Shown in pieces: positions 33,093 to 42,700 of a stretch of DNA of 64,000 nt. Within the stretch, counting starts at the first letter, position 1; every line of letters begins with the position of its first letter. Below the pieces are notes generated by a model. That model saw only the letters and a program-made list of their open reading frames with translations, was not told the DNA's origin and did no database searches. Source of the stretch: Oikopleura dioica (taxonomy: Eukaryota; Animalia; Chordata); assembly GCA_907165135.1 (NCBI GenBank), contig OU015570.1:2852376-2916375 (forward strand), given 5' to 3'. A program made the translations under genes and the position numbers.

Positions 33093-34201
33093 TGGTGACC
33101 CCAACTCCTGAAGAGGTACTGTACAAGAGTCATGCGCTTTTTTCGGTTTCCCCAAATCAGATGATTAGATTAGGAATGAGAAATTTCGAATTCAATTTGA
33201 TTAATTCTACAATTAAAGACAAATTACAGCGTGCAAAATGGATTTTTGAAAAATCTCTGGCGGAAAATAAACCCGAAAACAAAGAGGACCTCGAGGCTCA
33301 ATTTTCGCGCCTTTCAAGCTCTTTTGTTTATAATTCATGCGAGCCGGAATTTCTTAGGGAATACGGGGAAGATCTTTATGGATTTGAATCAGCTGAGGAA
33401 AAATTGTCTTTTTTGACGTCTGTTTTTGGCGACGAATCGCCCGAGGAAAAGATCCTTCGAAACAAAGAAAAAATGGAAAATCTCACCCGAAAGAGCGAGA
33501 ACAATGAAAAATTCGAGATATTTTTGTCACGTGTTAAAACTGTCGCGGAGAAAATTACGCAGAAACCGGACGCGAGAGAATACATTATCGACGCGCAATT
33601 TAGAAAATCGCTCACGCCTGAACTGCAGAATTTTCTTCGCGATCAGTGTATGCTTGAAAAAACACCCGAGGAAATATCCAAATTTCTTGACAAAAGAAAA
33701 CGAAATGAGACTATCCCCAAAATTGCCCAAATCGAAATTGACGCGAAACTTGGCTCGTTTTTCCAGTCGACTTCCGACTTAATTTCAAAATCGACAATGT
33801 CCTTTGAGGATCAAATTTCTCAATTGAAAATTGAACAGAAAAAATCAGAAGAGGCGGCGGAAAAACGGGCGAGTGCGCTTCATGATCAAATTGAAAAACT
33901 AACGGCAACAATTGCAAAATTAGAAGTTGATCGCCGCAACGATCAGAGTTTGACGCGTCAAAATAACCAGCAACGGAATTTTCAAAGTCGAAATTTGGGC
34001 GCGCCAAACCCGGATCGGCCAAGGCCTCGACGATTTTGTGGATTTTGTAACACAGACACTCATTTTAGATCGCATTGCCCCTTTATTACCTGTCATTTTT
34101 GTCAGAAAAAAAGGCCACATGAAAACAGCTTGCCCCGATAATCCCGATAGAATTTACAGAGCTGCTCGGGTCGAGGGAGAAGAAACTTCAAAAAACGAGT
34201 A
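33092..34201 (+). CDS. gag: Gag of element A (two CCHC knuckles; A-run frameshift near 34105)
   Basis: First ATG at 33092. CGFCNTDTHFRSHC, then CHFCQKKGHMKTAC if one A is removed from the A7 run. Ends TCA AAA AAC GAG TAA. Confidence 0.85.
33093..33105 (+). promoter_or_regulatory. Primer binding site, tRNA-Trp type
   Basis: TGGTGACCCCAAC directly after the LTR matches 12/13 of TGGTGACCCCGAC, the complement of the eukaryotic tRNA-Trp 3' end as I recall it. Element C has TGGTGACCGCTAC at 56175. Confidence 0.7.
34190..34196 (+). promoter_or_regulatory. -1 ribosomal frameshift heptamer A AAA AAC (gag-pol)
   Basis: Lies just before the gag stop, and the -1 frame is in phase with pol at 34283. The same heptamer is at the equivalent site in B (44390-44396, minus) and C (57268-57274). 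Confidence 0.8.
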
Positions 34202-37200
34202 AATGGAACTGAAAGCCCTGGTCAGGCACCAGTTCCAAGGACTTGTTCAATTTTTCGCATTGGATTACAATATTTTGTAGAAATGACAGTTTTTTCAAAA
34301 AAAATAAAAATGCTCGTCGATTCTGGCTCCCAACTTAACCTTTTGCCCAAATCATTTATTCCCGATAATGTTAAAATTCAAGCCCCTGATATTTTTGCTA
34401 AAAATTACGGTGGAGGAAGTATTGAAATTCTTGGTTTTGTCGAATGTGATTTTCATGTTAAAACGGAAAAATGGGGTAAATCGCGATTTTATATTGTAAA
34501 TGACAATTGTCAGGCAATTCTCGGTTCGGAAGCACTTAAATCTAATGAAATTATGATCAATCTTCATCGAAATCGTCTAGTTAAATCTGGTCCTATAGAG
34601 CGAATGGCGAATTTATGTAATAATGCATCAAAAAGCCCAACAGTTAATAACATTGAGCAAGACAGTTTTTATGCCGTTTCTGAGCAAACTTACACATTTC
34701 GAGGCAAAAGTGAGCAAATTATCGATTTAAAAATTCCTCATTTGAACAGATCAATGAATCTTTTTTTAGAAGAAAGCCAGCTTAAAAATTCGAAGCTAGA
34801 GTTAATAGAATCATTCCAGAGAGTTGATCCCGAGAATCCATTCTTTCGTATTCTTGTTATAAATCCCCTGAATTCTACAGTTAAAATTCCTGCTGGCACG
34901 GCCTTTGCAAAACTAGCGGAAATAGCTGAGATCGCCCAAATCAAGCCCTCAAAAAAAGATCTTAATTTTCTTCTTTCGCGGTTAAAAATAGGCAATATAT
35001 CGAAAAAGAATAAGCCGGTACTTTTTGGTCTTCTTGCTATATACACCCATTTATTTCAAGACGAGGACGACAATTTGCCTGTTTCGAACCTTGAAAAATT
35101 TTCGATTGAACTAGAGACTGATCGCCCGATTTGTAGCAATATGTACAGAACGCCATATGCCTTGCGGGGAATAATGACCGGTACTACTACCTCCTACCTT
35201 GGGCAAGACATGATAATGCGAATTAATTCACCCTATAATAGCCCCGCGTTACTCGTAAGGAAAAAGAATGGTACATTCAGATTATGTATTGATTACAGGA
35301 AATTAAATTCGTTTACGCTCCAGCAGCATCATCCGTTGCAACAAATTGAAGACGTTTTAGGGTATTTAGAAAATAGCATTATTTTTTCTTGTGTTGATTT
35401 GCGAAAAGGATTTCATCAGTGCCTCGTAGATGAGAAATCGCGAGAAAAACTAGCTTTTTCGACTGAAGACGGACAATTTACTTGGAAAAGGCTTCCAATG
35501 GGTCTCAAAAATGCCCCTATTCATTTCGCAAAATGCATGGATGTTATTTTACGAGACACGCCGAAAACTCAAATTTGCGCTTATCTTGACGATTTAGTGG
35601 TCCATTCAAGAACGGAAGAAGAACATTTAGCCAATTTACGTAAATTATTTCAAATTTTAGACCAAAATAATTTACGGATTAACATCGACAAAGCGAGTTT
35701 TTTTGAGCGAAAAGCATGCATTTTGGGTTTTGAAATTTTTGAAGGGAGAATACGGCCATCACAGGACAAGATCGAAGCGGTTAAAAATCTGTCTATTCCG
35801 AGAAACCGTGAGGAGGCACAATCACTTTTCGGACTTCTTTCGCAGCACAGAAAATTTATTAAAAATTTTGCACCCCTGGGAGTAGAAATTTCAAAAACGT
35901 ACAGAGGGTCATTTTGTTGGACAAAAGAGGCGACGATTTCACTCGAAAAGCTCAAAAGTATCATCTGCCATAACGCTCTTGAGCTCAAAATCCCCCCCAC
36001 TAAATGACGGTGTTTTCGTACTCGAGACAGACGCATCTAATCATAGTTTTGGTGGAGTTCTTTATCTTTGCGCGGAGCGAAATAAAAATCACCATCATTC
36101 TCATAATTGCCTACAACCGATAGCTTACCACTCGCTTAATTTTACGCCGGCACAACAGAAATACGGGACATTGGAAAAAGAACTTTATAGTGGGAAGACA
36201 TGTATGGAACGATGGAGGGCTTATCTTGCTTATGTCGATTTTCTTTGGATTACTGATAACTCTTGTGTTAAATACGCTCAATCCTTCAAGACAAATAATT
36301 TAAAAATTCAAAGATGGTTTACGGAGCTTCAGGGCTTTTCATTTCGAATTGAACAGAGGAAAACTCATCAAATGAAAATAAGTGATTGCCTTAGTCGTAA
36401 TACATTAAATTGTTCGATCAATCAAATAAAATTTACCCCTGAATCATTCGTAGAGTTTCAAAAATCTGACCCAGTATTATCACAAGTTAGACGTTTCGTT
36501 AGTATTGATAGATGGCCAAATAACCCACCAAGCGAGCTTTACCCATTCTTTTTACGTAGACCTGACCTTGAAATCCTTGGGTCTGGTGAGCTAGCTATAA
36601 ATTCTCCAGCCTATCAAAAAAGATTTTGCGTCCCCGAGGCATTGACAGAGACAATTTGCAGCGAATATCATGATCACTCTCATTTCGGAGTCGATATTAC
36701 AACCGAAAAAATTTCTAGAAAGTATTTTTGGCCGGGATTAAAAAATACAGTCGCGAGCTTTATAAAATCATGTCACAAATGTCAAATTTCAAAACCAAAT
36801 CTACAGCCTAACAAACCTCCTTTAGGCAAATCTGAAACACCAAGCGGCCCTTTTGAAATTTTGTACTTTGATTTAATTGGCCCACTTCAAGAAACTGATT
36901 TTGGTCATAAATATATAATGGTGGTTATTGACGGTTTTAGCAAAAAAAGTTTACGCGGAGCCCCTATCGTGCAAAAAATCGGATTATTTACTGCAAAAAT
37001 TCCGGAGCGTATTATTTAGAAATCCAAAATTTCCAAAATATATGGTTTTAGATAACGCGAAGGAACACGTTCTGATTGAAAAATTTTTGAAAGAAAATAA
37101 AATTGGTGTACATTATATTCCCCCGCGTCATCCCCAATCTAACGGGCAAGTTGAAAACGTCAATAGAACCATAAAAGCCAGGCTCAGGGCTCGTTCAAAT

Positions 37201-38658
37201 TGGGTGAATTGGGATATTTTTCTGTTTGAAATTGTTCACGAAATAAACAGTAGTTTACACACAGTACTCGGAACAACCCCATTTTGTGTAGAAACTGGTA
37301 TAAAAAGCAGTCATCATTTTCAAGACCCTTATTGGCGAACATACGGAGATAAAATCGACGTAGACTTTGAGAAAATTCGTGCGAAAATTGAACAAGAAAA
37401 GCAAAAAAGAATGACCAAATTTGAAAATCCCCGTTTCAAAGAATACAATTTAGGCGATAAAGTTCTTATTAAAAATTTCCGCGAAAAATTTCCTCCGTTT
37501 TTAGGTCCTTATGAAGTGACGTTTAAATCCCCGAGTGGTCTGTGGTACGCTGTTAAAAATGATAAGGACGAATTTAGGCGACATGCGGAACATATGAAAA
37601 GTTATTCTCAGCGAAATTCAATTTTAGAGACGAATAATGATGTTGAAAAATACTCCAAGATTGTGACAAAGCCACAAGAGAACGATCTCGAGTTTTTTGA
37701 ATTTTTTTCCGAAAACTGTCTTTTTTCGAAGGATTCCCTCGGCCGGTTTGCTGAAAATTCCCCCACAGAAAAAGAATCGGAAAAAGCGCATGAACCTTTC
37801 TCCTCCGAAAGGTCAGATCAGTCTTTACAATCGGAACCTTATCGGGAGCGGTCTAGTTCTTCTTCAGAACCAGAAAATTTTTCATCCTCATCGACTCTTT
37901 TGATAGAAATGCCAGTACCGAATATAAATGGTAATCAAGAACGTGATTTGAATCAAGTAGGAAATGGATCAGACATTGTGCTTGATTCCGAGAAATCAAG
38001 TTCTGATTCTGAGCTCTCTGTTAATTTGACATCGTACGATAAATTGCCCGAAATTGATCCGCTAGTTGCTTTAAAACGTAGAAGGGAAAGATCTGATGAT
38101 TCCGTTGTCGAGCGTAAAATTGCTAAATTTACAGTTGAAAATAATTTGGAAAACATGTCAATTTTAATTAAAATGGAAAATCATGATCTTGACTTTTTCG
38201 AACATCTTAATGATAAATGGAAAAATACAGACGACATAGAGGAGACCTATGTTGAAAATGGTATATTTATCAAACTGAACGAATTAACAAGAGACTCTCT
38301 TTTATTCATTCTTTTTAAAATGAATCAGGAATTTGATCTTGAGGAATCAAGGGCAAAACTTCAGATAAAAGTGAAGGAAACTATTCGTAGAGAATATCCG
38401 AATTGGCGTAAATCGAGAAACGGACAACTCCTTTTTTTTGCGGTCTTTAGAGTGCAAAAAGAGCGAACGTTGTACGAACTAACTGTCCCCGAGCTAAAAA
38501 CTGTATGCGCATTTTATGATTTACCCTGTAAATTTCGAAACTGCTCAAAAACAATTTTACAGGCATCTATCGAAACAGAACTGCTTAAAAAATTTCCAAA
38601 TCATCCAATGCGTAAAAATGTTCTTGTTTTTCTTCCGGACTTTGAAACTGAAATATAA
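34190..38658 (+). CDS. pol: Pol of element A: protease, dUTPase-like spacer, RT, RNase H, integrase, C-terminal extension (split in 3 ORFs)
   Basis: LVDSGS, RLCIDYRKLN, YLDD, LETDAS, HDHSH…CHKC, FDLIG/VLDNA/GQVENVNRTIK, GPY. Breaks at a C7 run (35992-35998) and an A7 run near 36945. Confidence 0.92.
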
Positions 38659-39791
38659 AAAAAGATGGGCGATAAAGATGCTCGTTTGGGACCCATGGAA
38701 GGTCACAGTGATTGATGCAGATAAGCTCTCTAATCTAATTTCTCCTGCAAAAAGATGAGGCCGAATTTTACGAAACGTGGCTTTTTATTATTTTGGTTAT
38801 GAAGAGAGTGATTTTCAAAATTTCAATTTTCAGAGCGACTCTCGCGCAGGTGCATTTTATGTCCAAATAAGGCGATTTTCGCATTTCGCGAAATTGTTTT
38901 CAAATTGTGACGCAGCGCTTTCGCGCTTTTGTTTTCTTCGTTGTTTTCATCTTCGCATTATGTAATAGCCACGCTCGTATTTATTTTTATTATCAAAATT
39001 AATCATATTAAAGGGATCAACTTCCCACTATGTGGCCATATCACCCTTTAATAGAATTTTAATACTTTAATTTTTTATCCAAGTCCAGTATCCAATTCGT
39101 TGTCAGTCCAGTGCGTTGTCGTTGTCGTAGTCGTAATAGGAGAAGTCGCCGCCATTGTTGAAGCTGCAGTTTTGTCGGTTTTGAGGAAAAGTGGTCAGCT
39201 GTCCTAAAGCGAGCCAAAAAAGTGTTCAATCAACTTTGCCTACCAGGAGCACTTACAGACACCGCCATCCCGCAGGGCACGGGGACACAGTGTCAAGCCG
39301 CAAAGAGCGGAACTCAGCTAGTGGATGAAATTCATGCAACAGCTCCGTAGAAATCATGGAAGAGTACCAATCGTTGAAGTAGTCGAAATAGCAATTTGAT
39401 AAAGTTGCGTCGAAGTCAGCAAATACAGCTTGATTCATCAATAATATTTACCAGACAAAAGAAGGGATGAAAAGTGAGAACTAGAATGAATTAAAGAAAA
39501 CCGCCGAAACGGGTGGCTAAGGTGCCTTCAGAAATGTGAAATAACGCGTACGTTATAAGAAAATAATATGATTGATTTTTTTTTTCATGCGCAGGAGATT
39601 TGGCTCCAAAAATCTCCGAAATTTTAACTTGTGAAAAACATGCAAAATCAACCCTATTGGCGAAAATCTGGCCGTGATTGGAATATTCAATTTTTATTTT
39701 TTCTGTCCTTTTTCTTTGTTCGTATTAGTATGACCCGTCCTGGGTATCTTTTTAAATGGAGCATCTTTTTGAAAAAGAACTATTGAATTTT

Positions 39792-42700
39792 TTAAATATT
39801 AGGTCCGAAAATAAGCTCGTTGTTTTTCTTTGGGTGATTTGGATACAAATTATCGAAGGCGTTTTTGATAAAGTTGATCATTTCAGTTTTGTTTTGTAAA
39901 ACAGTTTTTGGCAGATTGTATTCAGCAATAAGGACCTTTAATTCGGGTTTAGACAAATCGTAAAGAGTCTTTACCTTCTTCAAATTTAGAATTGAAAAAA
40001 ATAAATACTCTCCAGAGTTGCTTTTTCGCCAATAAGGGTGATTTTTACGAATGTGCTCTCTGACTTTAATTCTTAATTGACCTACATTTTCTGTCGTTAA
40101 GTAAAAGACCTCAAATTTATGCAGGATAAATCTAAGAGCCTCTTTTGTTAATTCTCCAAGTTTCAAAATACACCCGTTTTCAAAAATCATATCCTCTTTT
40201 ATCTCCTCCATTCTAGCTTCAATATTTTCAAAAAAATCTTTATCTTCGTTTTCAAATTTAAAAGCGATTGAAATGTTAAAATTTTGTTCGCAATTCATTT
40301 CAGAGCAATCAATGACGTCAATTTCCGAACCTTCAATTTCACCGATATTTAAATTTGGAACTTTCGCAGAGGGATTTGAATCTTTCGAAGATTCCCGTTC
40401 TCGTTTTCGTTCATTTTGAGATCCCTCCGAGCTCTCCCGATTTGCCGAAATGTCCAATTTATCATATGAAACGAGATATTCAAAATTTTCCTCTTTATCC
40501 TCATTTTGGACCGTATCTGCTTCGATTTCAGAATCTAAGGTAACTTCCCAATGAGAATTATCTTCAAACTCCCATTCCGAATCAGATGTAAGAATAGGCT
40601 CATTTGGTTTAAAATCATGAGGTTTTGGAATTTTGTCGATAGCAGAAATATCAGATGATTCATTTGCGACAGAATTTTCGATAATTGAGACAAAAGAACC
40701 CTCTTCATCCGAGGACTCAGTGGATTCTATTGCTTCAATAAAAAGATCTGTAAAAACATTATCAAAAACTCCCTCAACAAATATATTGACACAATTATCT
40801 AGTCGATTCTGAGTTTCTTCATCTTGCGAAGCCACTAAGTAATTTGACGTCTCTAAGCAAGAAAAAAATTCAACAATTTTTGGGGTAGAAATTGGCTCAA
40901 AAATATTGTTCTCAACACCGTGAAAATCTGAAGAGAGATCGTGTTCGCCTGTATTAACTAATCTTTCATTAAATTTTTTTAAATGATCCGCATGCCTACG
41001 GAATTCTCTGTCATCAGACTTGATCGTGTACCATGTCCCCTCCGATGATTTACTTGTTATCTCAAATGGCCCTAAAAATGCAGGCTTTTTTGATGCAAAA
41101 TTTTTAATTAGGACTTTTTCACCTACTTTAAATGGTAAGAATTTCGGATTAGAAAATTTATCAAGCCTGATTTGCTTTTCTTCGTCAATCAAATTTTTAA
41201 TTGATTTAAAATCAATATCTGCTTTCTCATTATAATTTCTAAAATTTGAATCGAAGATATCGTGGGGATTCTTACATCGAAATTGCAGCGAAAATGGTGA
41301 GGTTTTTGTCACAGAATGCTCTGAAGTATTGAGATCATGAACGACCTCTTGCAGAAAAAGATCCCAATTCTTCAGATCACAACGTGCTCTAAGTCTACTT
41401 TTTAATGTTCTATTATAATTTTCAACTTGTCCATTTGTTGATGGATGCCTAGGAGGCGTAAAATGGGGTTCGATTTTATTTTCTTTCATAAATTTTGCCA
41501 TTTCGGAATGTTCTCCAGCATTATCTAAAATAACCATTTTGGGAAAATATGGATTTTTCAAAATAACATTTTTAAATTTTTCCAAAAGATACTTTGAATT
41601 TCGTGATTTAAGGGGCTCACAGTATCCAAATTTTGAGAAAAAATCAATCATTACCATAACGTATCTATGACCAAAATCTGTTGGAGGGAGCGTGATAAGA
41701 TCAAATCCAAAGACCTCAAATGGACCATCGGGAGTTTTAAACGTCAAAATAGGGGCTTTGTTTGGGTGAAAATTTGGTTTGTCTTTCTGACAAAATGAGC
41801 ATGTTCGTATAAATTCCTTAATCCCTTTACGCATTTGTGGCCAAATATATTTCGACGAAATTTTTGAAAACACTTGGTCGATTCCTGCATGACAATAATC
41901 ATGGTAATTTTTAATAATTTCATTTTCAATAGATTTCGGAACTAAAAGCCTTCGATTTCCGGACTCATCGCAATAAACTATTTCTCCAGTGTTCAAAAAA
42001 GTCAATTTGTCCCTCAAAAACGAGTAAAAATTAATGTCACCCTTAGGATTATTGGGCCATCGATCAATATTCAAATAATTTCTTATTTCTCGTAAAACGG
42101 GGTCTAACTTTTGAATATCGCAAAATTGTTCTTGAGTAAATTTAATTGAATTTATGGCTATTTTTGTTGAGTTTTGGGTTCCTCTACTAAGACAATCACT
42201 TATTTTCATTTTCGATGATGGTTTTTGCAGAATACGAAAGCTAAATCCTTGTATTTCTGTAATCCATCGCGCTATTTTTTGATTGTTTGTTCTTAATGTT
42301 CGGATGTATTTTATATTCGAATTGTCTGTTATCCAGTCGAATTCCGTATAAGAAAGATAAATGGACCATTTGGACATACATGTTTTTGCCGAAAATAATT
42401 CCTTCTCGATGATAGTATATTTTGACTGAGTCTCATTAAAATTGCCACTATTATAACTAACAGGAATCAAACACTCTGACGAATGATGATGTGACTCGTC
42501 CCGACACTTTTTTTCGCAAATATAGAGCACCCCGCCATACCCAAATGATGAAGCATCCGTCTCCAATACGTATACTCCCATATCAGTAGGAGGAATTTTT
42601 AGTTTCAATGCATTCTCGCAGATAATTCTTTTCAAAATCATTAGTGCATTCGTAGCCTCATTCGTCCATTGGAAGTTATTTCTATAGGTTTTTGTGATTG

